64,000 bases of DNA from an uncultured delta proteobacterium (GTDB lineage Bacteria; Desulfobacterota; Binatia; UBA9968). The notes beneath the pieces were generated by a model, which was given only the letters and a program-made list of their open reading frames with translations, ran no database searches and was not told the DNA's origin. The stretch is from NCBI GenBank assembly GCA_963816145.1, contig CAWFJP010000002.1:282669-346668 (forward strand), given 5' to 3'. Below are positions 41,326 through 50,275 of this stretch, piece by piece; position 1 is the first letter of the stretch, and each line of letters starts with the position of its first letter. Made by a program: the position numbers and the translations under genes.

Positions 41326-41326
41326 G

Positions 41327-42082
41327 TCAAAGCGCTTGTGCCGCCGGCGCCGCCAAGTCCTGCTCGCGGGTGAGTTCCAAGAATGCGCTTTCGAGATTGC
41401 CGTTGTTGCCGTCCGTCTGGGCGTGGATCTCGCTCATGGTGCCGCAGGAGATCAAGCGGCCTTTGCGAATAATGCCGATGCGGTGGCAGATCTCCTCGGC
41501 GACGCTGATGCTGTGGGTCGAGAGAAACACCGTCGTGCCGTTCTTAGCCAATACGCCGAAGAGATCTTTGAGGGTGCGCGCCCCTTTGGGGTCCATGCCG
41601 ACCATCGGTTCGTCGATGACCAGGATCTTGGGCTCGTGAATCAAGGCGCCGCAAACCACCAGACGCTGCTTCATGCCGTGGGAATAACTTTCAACCAACT
41701 CATCCTTCCACGGCGTCAATTCCAGGTGATCGAGAAGTTCCGCGATGCGCTTGCGCAGCCGCGCCGGGTCGACCCGATGGAGTTTGCCGACGAAGGTTAA
41801 GAACTCGCTGCCGCTGAGTTTTTCATAGATAAACGGCCGGTCGGGAATGAAGCCGGAAATCGCTTTGGCCTTCTGAGCCGCGCCGACCACATCGTGGCCG
41901 TCAAGCAGAACTTGTCCCGAAGTCGCCTTCAGGATGCCCATCATGCAGCGGATCGTCGTCGTTTTGCCGGCGCCATTGGGGCCGAGAAAGCCGAAGATCT
42001 CGCCGGGCGCGACTTCGAGGTTTAAATTATCTACCGCGGCCAGTTTGCCGTAGTGCTTGGTAAGATTTTTGATTTGAATCAT
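41327..42082 (-). CDS. ABC transporter ATP-binding protein (ABC-2/DrrA-like)
   Basis: Walker A GPNGAGKTTT, signature YSHGMKQR, Walker B ILVIDEPMVGMD. Confidence 0.88.
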   Translation of the reverse strand: MIQIKNLTKHYGKLAAVDNLNLEVAPGEIFGFLGPNGAGKTTTIRCMMGILKATSGQVLLDGHDVVGAAQKAKAISGFIPDRPFIYEKLSGSEFLTFVGKLHRVDPARLRKRIAELLDHLELTPWKDELVESYSHGMKQRLVVCGALIHEPKILVIDEPMVGMDPKGARTLKDLFGVLAKNGTTVFLSTHSISVAEEICHRIGIIRKGRLISCGTMSEIHAQTDGNNGNLESAFLELTREQDLAAPAAQAL

Positions 42083-42085
42083 TAA

Positions 42086-42182
42086 ATTTTGGATTTTAGA
42101 TTTTCGTCTGCGGGGCCGCTTTTGGATTGCCGGATCGAGGCGAGGGCCAGTAATCCAAAATCCAAAATCGAAAATCCAAAAT
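42086..42182. repeat. long imperfect palindrome with tandem-word arms, family C (TTTTGGA word), intercistronic
   Basis: ATTTTGGATTTTAGATTTTCG ... CGAAAATCCAAAAT outer arms and TTTTGGATTGCCGG / CCAGTAATCCAAAA inner arms. Fills the gap between the transglutaminase-like stop and the ABC ATPase start. Confidence 0.7.
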
Positions 42183-42193
42183 GTTGCTCCTTG

Positions 42194-43645
42194 TCATAGG
42201 ACTTCGATTTTCAGATTGCCGATGAGTTGCAAAATATCGATCTGCCGGTCGATCTCGCCTTCGAGAAACTTCACATGGGTGACGTCAGCGGGAAATTGGT
42301 TCAGCACCGAGTCGAGGGCGACCCAGCGGCCGAGCCAGACTTCTGACCAAGCGTGATAGTAAAAGGCGCCGCGCAGATAGACGACGCCGACCACCGTCTT
42401 GGCCGGAATCCCGGCAGCGCGGGCGAGCGCGTTGAACAGCACGGTGTGTTCGTTACAGTCGCCTTTTCTCGCCTGCAGGACTTCGAGCGCGTTGGGAATG
42501 CTCACGGTGGGCTCTTTGGCGAGCTCGCGATAAACCCAGTCTTTGAGCTTCACCGCCGCTTTCATGGCGTTGGTTTCAGCACCGACGATGCGCGCGGCGA
42601 GGGTCATGATGCTCGGATGGTCCGACTGCATGAAAGCGGTAGGCTGCAGGAAAGTTTGCAAGCGCACTTCTTTTACCGGAATCCTCGTGGCTGCGAGCTT
42701 GGTCAGATCTTCGCGGATTATCTGCAAGCGGTCGCCGGTGAGTTTCTGCCTGCCGCCGTCGAGCGCGAAATTTGCCAGGTTGACGCCGCCAAGTTTCAAT
42801 TCGACCGCCGCAAGGGATTGGGCGCTGGCGATCGGCGTGGCCAGCGGTATCGCCGCCTGAGCGATCATGTCCAAGGGCACGGAACGTGGGGGCAGAAATT
42901 TCGCTTCCTGTCGGCTTTGCCGGGTCATCGACATGCCCGCCGGCGATTCCTCTTTCAATGTCCGGCCATGAACGTCGACCCAGGAGAGCACCGAGATGCC
43001 GCCGAAGCTTTGGCGCATTTTAATCGCCGGTTCGAGGCGATTGCCGATGCGAATCTGTTCACGGCCTTCGATAACGATGGTCGTAACCTGCTGTGACAGC
43101 GTCGACGGGTCGAACGTCGAGAAGTAAAATTTCTTGCCGGTCTCCAATTGTTGAGTGACCACGTAGGGCTTGAGCGAAGCGAGCAAGTAGGGAGCCTGGG
43201 TCAAAGTGATTTCGCGGGCCGAGCGGTAGCCGGCGGAGTCGATATCCAGCGTCAGTTTGTTGTCTTTCACAGCGCCGCGTGCCTTGAATCCGATCTCCTT
43301 GGATTTCAGCGCGAAATCGAAGCGCTCCAAGATCCAGTCGTCGTTGGCTTCCATCGCCAAGCGGGTTTCGGCGGGCTGGACGGTACCGAGCAGATTTAGA
43401 TTGAGCTGGGAATAATCGGTGAGCTTGTAACCTTTGGCTTTCGGCTCGATGGACTGCGAGGCGTAGCCGATCTTTTCACCGCGGTAGTAGATGCCCCACC
43501 ATTCCTCGCTGGCTTCGGTGATTTTCTCCGTGCCGCGCAGCGTCAGGACCGGCGCCGGCGCAACGCTCTGGCGTTTTATGAGGAGAAAATTCATCGTTCC
43601 CCAGAAGAGAACAATGCCGATGCCGATGGATCGCTTAACAAGCAT
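42194..43645 (-). CDS. transglutaminase-like domain protein with N-terminal membrane anchor
   Basis: C-terminal core GDCNEHTVLFNALARAAGIP..YHAWSEVW..WVALD (Cys-His-Asp transglutaminase-like triad). N-terminal TM IGIGIVLFWGTMNFLLI. Confidence 0.75.
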   Translation of the reverse strand: MLVKRSIGIGIVLFWGTMNFLLIKRQSVAPAPVLTLRGTEKITEASEEWWGIYYRGEKIGYASQSIEPKAKGYKLTDYSQLNLNLLGTVQPAETRLAMEANDDWILERFDFALKSKEIGFKARGAVKDNKLTLDIDSAGYRSAREITLTQAPYLLASLKPYVVTQQLETGKKFYFSTFDPSTLSQQVTTIVIEGREQIRIGNRLEPAIKMRQSFGGISVLSWVDVHGRTLKEESPAGMSMTRQSRQEAKFLPPRSVPLDMIAQAAIPLATPIASAQSLAAVELKLGGVNLANFALDGGRQKLTGDRLQIIREDLTKLAATRIPVKEVRLQTFLQPTAFMQSDHPSIMTLAARIVGAETNAMKAAVKLKDWVYRELAKEPTVSIPNALEVLQARKGDCNEHTVLFNALARAAGIPAKTVVGVVYLRGAFYYHAWSEVWLGRWVALDSVLNQFPADVTHVKFLEGEIDRQIDILQLIGNLKIEVL

Positions 43646-43711
43646 ACTCTAGAACGTATATGGTAAGGCCCCGGCGCTTGTGAATCAATGTGAATCTAAC
43701 AATCTTGCAGT

Positions 43712-44179
43712 ATGAGTAATAAAGAGGTTCTTTTCGCCGCCGATCGCATGTTGGGCCGGCTTGCCAAGTGGCTGCGCATTCTTGGCCACGACGTCATTTA
43801 CGGCCAGCATCTCTCCGGCCACGGTCTGATCCGCGCGGCGCGCGCCGACGGTCGGTTGATTCTGACGCGCGATCGCAGTCTGGCGCGCAAACAGCCGCCG
43901 CCGTTTCTGTTCATCGAAAGCAATGACTACGTCGAACAGCTGCGCCAGGTGTTGCGCGTCTGCGATTTGCGTCCCGGCGAGGGGCTCTTTACCCGTTGTT
44001 TGGTGTGCAACTCGCGATTGCAACCACGCATCAAGGAATCGGTGGACAAGCTGGTGCCGCCCTATGTCTTTGCCACGCAGGAGCGCTTCTCTTGGTGCGG
44101 CCGCTGTCAAAAGCCCTATTGGCCAGCCACACACCAGCAAAAAATGCTCGACGCTCTCAAAAAAATTGCCGTTACTTGA
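43712..44179 (+). CDS. Mut7-C RNase (PIN-like, DUF82) domain protein
   Basis: FAADRMLGRLAKWLRILGHDV..LILTRDR..RCLVCN...RFSWCGRCQKPYWPATH (PIN-like N-part plus zinc ribbon). Confidence 0.7.
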   Translation: MSNKEVLFAADRMLGRLAKWLRILGHDVIYGQHLSGHGLIRAARADGRLILTRDRSLARKQPPPFLFIESNDYVEQLRQVLRVCDLRPGEGLFTRCLVCNSRLQPRIKESVDKLVPPYVFATQERFSWCGRCQKPYWPATHQQKMLDALKKIAVT

Positions 44180-44353
44180 TTATCGACGCCACTTCTTATC
44201 GGATGCGGTTTTGACCGGTTCACGATTATAGGGATGCGCAAGCGATTTTGGAAACCCCCGCAATTAAGTTCCCGCCCCAAGAGGCAGGGTTAATTCGCCT
44301 GGAACTAGAAATCCATCTGAGCGTATGCTAAAAAATGCTCCTGTTCTTTTGCT

Positions 44354-44429
44354 TCCCCGGTAGCTCAGTTGGTAGAGCAGGTGACTGTTAATCACCGGGT
44401 CGGGGGTTCGAGTCCCTCCCGGGGAGCCA
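44354..44429 (+). tRNA. tRNA-Asn (anticodon GTT), CCA encoded
   Basis: Manual cloverleaf. Acceptor TCCCCGG/CCGGGGA, D-arm GCTC..GAGC, anticodon stem GGTGA/TCACC with loop CTGTTAA, T-arm GGGGG-TTCGAGT-CCCTC, discriminator G, CCA. Confidence 0.93.
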
Positions 44430-44628
44430 GATATTCATATAATCAGATACCTCGTTTTGGCTGTCGGATAAAGTTCGTTTTTCGAGCGTAGCCTTCGGAT
44501 TCGCAAGGAAAGCGAAAACCTCAAACCCACTCTATAAAATCAAGATTTTATTTATCTGTTGGTTTAAGATTGCAGTCTTGCGGCCGTGTTTCGTGATGAG
44601 TTCGTCCTACACTCGAAAAGGTTAAAGG

Positions 44629-46251
44629 GTGCGCTCCATGGTGAAATCAGCTCTCACTGTTCTTCATCAACTCGTTGAAAAAGCGATTGCTGCGATTTCG
44701 TCAAAGAGCCTGTCGATTGTTTTGGTGGCCGTCCTTGCATTGGCGGGTTGCGCGACGATGGGATTTTTGCTGGGCATTCGGCAACCCCAAAGTCACGACG
44801 AGTTCAGCTACCTGCTCGCCGCCGATACCTTTGCTCATGGCAGGCTGACCAACCCGACCCACCCGATGTGGGTGCACTTCGAAACGCTGCATGTCATTCA
44901 CCAACCGAGCTACATGTCCAAATTTATGCCGGCGCAGGGAATCATTCTCATGCTCGGCAAGGTTCTCGGCGGTCATCCGATCGTTGGAGTTTGGTTCTCC
45001 ATGGCTTTCATGTGTGCCGTTATTTGCTGGATGTTGCAGGGGTGGTTGCCGACCCGCTGGGCTTTGCTCGGCGGCATCTTTGCAGTGATTCATCCGAACA
45101 TTGGCGTTGGCAATTACTGGGCGCAAAGTTACTGGGGTGGCGCGCTGCCTGCCGCCGGCGGTGCGTTGCTCCTGGGAGGCGTGCGCCATCTCATGGTCAC
45201 GCCGCGCACGGGTTACGCGGTAGCTGCCGCAATGGGTTTGGCGCTTCTCGCCAACAGCCGGCCGTATGAGGGTCTGGTTCTCAGTCTCCCGGTTGGGTTG
45301 GTATTCTTCAACTGGTTGGTCGGCAAGAATCGGCCGCCGGCGCCGGTTTTGATTCGCAGCATCCTGCTGCCCTTCGTCCTGATCGGTGTTCTCACGGTCG
45401 GCGCCATGGCCTACTACAACTACCGTATCACCGGCAACGTCGCGCAAATTCCGTACCTTCTACATACGCAACAATACATGATGTCGACACTTTTTATTTG
45501 GCAGCCGCTGCCGCCGAAACCTCACTATCGCCATCAACTCATCGAAGACTTTCATGCCCGATTCGAGCTCCCGTACTATCTGGAAAAACGTACTCTAAAG
45601 GGCTTTGTCACGATTAACTTCTTATCCTTTGCTTACCACATTGTTTTGGTCGGCAGCGTGTTCGCGATATCACTGATCGGTTCGGCTAAACAATTACTCT
45701 CATGGGCATGGAACGACCCTTGGGGGCGATTCGCGCTGTTTATTTACGGCTTTTTCATTTTTGGCATAATGATAGAAACCTACGCGTTGCCGCACTACTG
45801 GGCGCCGGTCACCGCGCTCAGCTACCTTTTTCTTTTGCAAGGTCTTCGACTTTGGCGCGAGCGCAATCCTCGGGTCGGGCAAGCCGTTTTGATCGCGCTG
45901 CCCATTCTGGCGCTAGCGATCTTGATCATGACGACATACCACTTGGTTGCGACCCGTGATGAGTTCACGCCTCCTAGGCAGCGAGCACGGTTGTTGCAGC
46001 GATTGAGCGAAGGCGACGGTCGGCACTTGGTTCTGGTCAAGTATGGACCGCACCATTCGTATTTCATGGAATGGGTCTATAACGACGCCGACATCGACGG
46101 CTCGAAGGTCGTCTGGGCCCGCGCCATGGATGATCAGGAAGACTGCAAGCTGGTGGCCTATTTCAAAGACCGTAAGGTCTGGTCATTGGCCATCGATTAT
46201 GATGAGTCGCCGGTACGGTTGGAGCCCTTGCCAACGGAATCTTGCCGTTGA
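44629..46251 (+). CDS. polytopic membrane protein, possibly GT-C fold (ArnT/PMT-like) glycosyltransferase
   Basis: 540 aa with many TM segments. HDEFSY acidic motif in the first predicted external loop, as in GT-C enzymes. Start is GTG 44629 or ATG 44638. Confidence 0.4.
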   Translation: MRSMVKSALTVLHQLVEKAIAAISSKSLSIVLVAVLALAGCATMGFLLGIRQPQSHDEFSYLLAADTFAHGRLTNPTHPMWVHFETLHVIHQPSYMSKFMPAQGIILMLGKVLGGHPIVGVWFSMAFMCAVICWMLQGWLPTRWALLGGIFAVIHPNIGVGNYWAQSYWGGALPAAGGALLLGGVRHLMVTPRTGYAVAAAMGLALLANSRPYEGLVLSLPVGLVFFNWLVGKNRPPAPVLIRSILLPFVLIGVLTVGAMAYYNYRITGNVAQIPYLLHTQQYMMSTLFIWQPLPPKPHYRHQLIEDFHARFELPYYLEKRTLKGFVTINFLSFAYHIVLVGSVFAISLIGSAKQLLSWAWNDPWGRFALFIYGFFIFGIMIETYALPHYWAPVTALSYLFLLQGLRLWRERNPRVGQAVLIALPILALAILIMTTYHLVATRDEFTPPRQRARLLQRLSEGDGRHLVLVKYGPHHSYFMEWVYNDADIDGSKVVWARAMDDQEDCKLVAYFKDRKVWSLAIDYDESPVRLEPLPTESCR

Positions 46252-46491
46252 TGCGCTGGGGCCGCGCGCCCGCAGTGATCGTTTCAAATTCGCGCAGCCG
46301 CTGAGGCCTTTTAATTTGTTGAATTTAGGGTGGGCATACGTTACTTTGACCACGCCTCTGGATAGGCTTGACGTAGACGGTGGAGAACTCGCGCTTGGTT
46401 TGCGGACGCGCTTAGACTACTGCTATGCGTCACACGCGATCTAATGGCGCCCATAGAAATTTTTTTAGAGCACGGTAGGAGGTTTTTTCTG

Positions 46492-48717
46492 ATGGCATCA
46501 ACGAACCAAGTCGTCGGTAATCCAACCCCAAGAATCGAAGGCGAACTCAAGGTCAGCGGTCAGGCCAAGTATGCGGTGGACGTGACCTTGCCCGGTATGC
46601 TCTGGGGCAAATTGCTGCGCAGCCCGATCGCCTCGGGTAAAATCAAGCGTATCGATGCCAGCAAGGCGGAAAAACTCAAAGGCGTGCGTGCGATTGTCAC
46701 GGGAGCGGATTGCTCGGGCCTAAAAATCGGCCGCAGACTCTATGACATGCCGATCATCGCCGACGGCGAAGTGCGCTTCATCGGTGAAAAGGTTGTGGCG
46801 GTGGCGGCGGACAGCGAGGACATTGCCGAAGAGGCGTTGAATCTGATCGAGGTCGAGTATGAAGAGACCGAACCCTTGCTCGATCCGGTCGAAGCGCTCA
46901 AGCCGGGGGCGAAACTCCTTCATCCCGATGTCATGAGTTACAAAGGGTTACCCAATCCGCTCAAGGAGCCGACCAACGATTTTGTCTACGTCACTTGGGG
47001 CAAAGGCGATCCTGAGGCCGGATTTCGCCAGGCGGACGTGATCGTCGAAAACACTTTTACCACGCCGGTCGTGCATCAGAGTTACATCGAGCCCCATTCC
47101 TGTGTCGTCAGCACTGCGGCCGACGGTTCGGCGGAATTCTGGTCGTGCAGCAAAGTGCCCTACGGCGTGCGCGAACAAGTCGCCAACGCGCTCAAGCTGC
47201 CGCAAGAAAAACTCAACTTTAACCCCGTCTATATCGGGGGTGACTTCGGCGGCAAGGGCGATTTCATGGATCTTGCCGTGGTTTATCTCTTGTCCAAGAA
47301 AGCCGGACGGCCGGTCAAGATGGTAATGGACTACGAAGAGGAATTCACCGCGGGCAATCCGCGGCACGCGTCAATCATCCACGTTAAAACCGGCGTAAAA
47401 AAAGACGGCACCCTGGTCGCACACCGCATGAGTTTTATTTTCGACAGCGGCGCCTACGGCGCATTTAAACCCAACGCCTTTCTCAACGGCCCGCACCTGT
47501 CCGCTGGGCCGTACAAGATTCCTCACGTATTTATCGAGGAACATATGGTCTACACCAACAAGATCCCCTGCGGCCATATGCGCTCGCCTGGCGACCCCCA
47601 GGGATTCTTCGCTAATGAAAGTCAATTGGACATGATCGCTAAAAAGATTGGCATGGACCCGATCAAGTTGCGCCAGAAAAACCTCATGCACGACGGCGAT
47701 ATCGATCCGACCGGCGAGGAGTATAGTTACATCAAAACCGACGAGACGCTCAAGAAAGCGCTGGACGACTCGGGCTATCAAAAACCCAAGCCGAAAAACG
47801 TTGGACGCGGTATCGCGCTGGTGCAGTGGACGCCCGCCGGCGGGACAGGCACGGTCGCGATCTCGATCGATGAGAAAAGCGTGGCGACGATTTCTTCCGC
47901 CATGGCCGATCAGGGCGCGGGCACTTACACCGTGCTCAGCGAAATCGTCGCCGAAGAGCTCAAGATCCCGTTGAGCCAAATCAAAACTCAGCAACTGGAC
48001 ACGCAGAATGGCGTAAAGGATACCGGGGTCGGCGGCAGCCGGGCGACACGCGTTTACGGCACGGCGGGTTATCAAGCGGCGATCAAGGCCGTCAATGCGA
48101 TTAAACAAGCGGCCGCGAGTCAGATGGGCGTGCCGGCAGATCAGATCATCCTCGCCAAGGGCGCGGCGCTGCATCCGCGCATGGAGCGCCGCTTGACCTA
48201 CGGCGAGATCGTCAAGGCGAACGGCGGGCCAATCGCGGTGGATGCCACGTTCAACGACAACAAGAAAATTCATGCCGCCTCCATGTGCGTTCAGGTGGCG
48301 GAGGTGGAAGTGGACCCCGAAACGGGTCGGGTGGAGCTCAAGAAATTCACTTCGACTCACAACACCGGCACCGTGCTCAATCCGCTCATGCACCAGGGCC
48401 AGATTGAAGGCGCCAGCATGACCGGCATCGGCTACACGCTGATGGAGGAAGTGATCATCAACGACGGTAAAGTCGCGACGACCCACTTCGGCGAGTACAA
48501 GATCCCCACCATCAAGGATGTTCCGGTATTCAAAGGCTCGGTTTCGGAAGCACCGCACGGAGCGGGCCCGTATGACAGCATGCCGATCGGCGAGACCGGT
48601 AATATTCCGACGGCGGCCGCCATCGCCAATGCGGTGGAAGACGCCTGCGGTGTGCGCATCACCAGCCTGCCGATTACAGCGGAGAAGATCTACCAAGCGC
48701 TGCACGGCGCCAAGTGA
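46492..48717 (+). CDS. xanthine dehydrogenase/aldehyde oxidase family molybdopterin-binding subunit
   Basis: ATG 46492 with AGGAGG upstream. N-terminal GNPTPRIEGELKVSGQAKYAVD, and C-terminal ..GEYKIPT..D.P..APHGAGPYD..IGE typical of CoxL/XdhB-like large subunits. Confidence 0.85.
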   Translation: MASTNQVVGNPTPRIEGELKVSGQAKYAVDVTLPGMLWGKLLRSPIASGKIKRIDASKAEKLKGVRAIVTGADCSGLKIGRRLYDMPIIADGEVRFIGEKVVAVAADSEDIAEEALNLIEVEYEETEPLLDPVEALKPGAKLLHPDVMSYKGLPNPLKEPTNDFVYVTWGKGDPEAGFRQADVIVENTFTTPVVHQSYIEPHSCVVSTAADGSAEFWSCSKVPYGVREQVANALKLPQEKLNFNPVYIGGDFGGKGDFMDLAVVYLLSKKAGRPVKMVMDYEEEFTAGNPRHASIIHVKTGVKKDGTLVAHRMSFIFDSGAYGAFKPNAFLNGPHLSAGPYKIPHVFIEEHMVYTNKIPCGHMRSPGDPQGFFANESQLDMIAKKIGMDPIKLRQKNLMHDGDIDPTGEEYSYIKTDETLKKALDDSGYQKPKPKNVGRGIALVQWTPAGGTGTVAISIDEKSVATISSAMADQGAGTYTVLSEIVAEELKIPLSQIKTQQLDTQNGVKDTGVGGSRATRVYGTAGYQAAIKAVNAIKQAAASQMGVPADQIILAKGAALHPRMERRLTYGEIVKANGGPIAVDATFNDNKKIHAASMCVQVAEVEVDPETGRVELKKFTSTHNTGTVLNPLMHQGQIEGASMTGIGYTLMEEVIINDGKVATTHFGEYKIPTIKDVPVFKGSVSEAPHGAGPYDSMPIGETGNIPTAAAIANAVEDACGVRITSLPITAEKIYQALHGAK

Positions 48718-48720
48718 TGC

Positions 48721-49269
48721 ATGGCGTCATTTCCGGGAACCATCGATCTCGGAAAGTTTCGGGTCGTTTATGAAGAAGAGCGGGAGCGGCCGTCCGATGG
48801 AACGGACGGCTACCTCCTGCAGCAGCGCGCCGTCATTCGCCTCAACGAAGAGCTGGTCAAACTCGAACAGCGCGACGACTACACGGTCTACTGCGACGAC
48901 GAGAATTTCAAGAAACAGCACGGCAAGCGGCCGTCGCCGCTGCAATATTTCATCGCCTCGATCGGTTTCTGCATGTTCAGCCAGTTCAAGCGGCTAGCCG
49001 CCAAAGCGGAAGTCGCCGTCGACGACCTCGAAATGGAGCTGCGCATGACCTACGACTTGAGCGGTAAGTTTCCCATCAAAGATTTTTCCGATGCCGCCCA
49101 AGGAATCGCCTACGTTTTCAAAATCAAAAGCGCCGCGCCGCTAGAAAAAGTGCTGCCCGTGGTCCAGGCCGCCGACAAAGGCTGCCATACGGTGAATTCG
49201 ATGCGTAAACGCGTGCCGGTGTCGGGGAGATTCGTTCTCAACGAATGCATCTATGATTTAACCGATTGA
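48721..49269 (+). CDS. OsmC/Ohr-family protein
   Basis: 182 aa with two family-typical Cys contexts (ASIGFCMFSQ and ADKGCHTVNS). Confidence 0.7.
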   Translation: MASFPGTIDLGKFRVVYEEERERPSDGTDGYLLQQRAVIRLNEELVKLEQRDDYTVYCDDENFKKQHGKRPSPLQYFIASIGFCMFSQFKRLAAKAEVAVDDLEMELRMTYDLSGKFPIKDFSDAAQGIAYVFKIKSAAPLEKVLPVVQAADKGCHTVNSMRKRVPVSGRFVLNECIYDLTD

Positions 49270-49365
49270 TCGATTGGCGAGTTTTGTGTCGGGACAAGGC
49301 GCGCCTTGCCGTTGTGCGCGTTACGGAATAAATCTTCGTAGACTGAACCAAAGGAATACCCATCC

Positions 49366-49917
49366 ATGGCAAAACTGACGGTGGGCGACCAATTTCCCCC
49401 GGCAAAACTAAACGACATCGACGGTCTTGCCGTCAACTTCCCCGCCGTATTCAAAAACGCCCCAGCGACGGTGGTGTTTTTCTACCGCGGCCGCTGGTGA
49501 CCCTGGTGCCGGGCCCAGGTGACGGCCTTTGTTTACGAATGGGAGCGGTACCTAGAAGGAAACGTACAGATCCTCGGCATCAGCGTCGAGCCACCGGAGG
49601 AGGGCAAGAAACTTAAAGAGCGCGTGACGCGCGACTGCCAGGAAGACCGTCCGCATATTTCGCTCGATCCCTACCCGGTGCGTTTGCTCAGCGATCCCGA
49701 TGCGACGTTGATCCGCGCGTGCGGCACGGAAAACGAAGGCCACTGGGCCGGAACGATCGCTGCGCCGGTGACCTATGTCGTCGGTCCCAGCGGTCTGGTG
49801 AAATGGGCCTACGTCAGCGATAGCGCCGCCGACCGGCCGAGTCCGGTGGCATTGGCCAAAGCGGCGTGCGCAGTGGCGGCGGGTCACGCGCCACCCGCAA
49901 CCTATCCGGGGAAATAG
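49366..49917 (+). CDS. peroxiredoxin-like-2 / AhpC-TSA thioredoxin-fold redoxin with in-frame TGA (candidate Sec, UxxC)
   Basis: ATG 49366 (AAGGAA upstream), then 44 sense codons to TGA 49498..49500. The same frame continues into ORF 49519..49917. The joined sequence reads VVFFYRGRW-[TGA]-PWC. Confidence 0.6.
49502..49528 (+). promoter_or_regulatory. GC-rich stem-loops 3' of TGA 49498 (weak SECIS candidate)
   Basis: Alternative 5-bp stems CCTGG(49502-06)/CCAGG(49515-19) or GGGCC(49511-15)/GGCCT(49524-28) with loop CAGGTGAC. Not evaluated thermodynamically. Confidence 0.25.
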
Positions 49918-50275
49918 TTAACGCCCACGATATATGAGTGAAGCCGGATCCGTGAGCCGGTCGATGACGTTTCAGAATCACGCGCAGGTTTAAATGAGCT
50001 GTAGGAACTGCACGATTCTAATCGCGCCTAAGCGAGAGTTCTAGCGGCAATCTAGAGAATTTACTGTGAGGGTGGCGGGAATAAACGATTCTGCTTCTTG
50101 CGCAACGTCCTAAATTTCAAGCGCTCTTGTTTATGCAAGCAGCGTGCGCTCTTGTCGCTCGAATGTTGCAGCGACCGCTAAGAGGCCATCCATTCGGACA
50201 CTGTTAGGGCCTTGTCACCCCTAACTTTCTCACATAAGATCGCGCCTGAATTTGTCTTGAGGAGTAAATGACCCG

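Noticed and set aside
47371-48705. 444-codon minus-strand ORF opposite the molybdopterin subunit gene
   Set aside because: Same GC-rich antisense artefact. The plus-strand product has clear family motifs and an AGGAGG-ATG start.
50095-50130. Search for tRNA-Sec (selC) near the candidate selenoprotein gene (TTTCAAG string)
   Set aside because: No flanking anticodon stem, no 8-bp acceptor stem and no long variable arm could be drawn.
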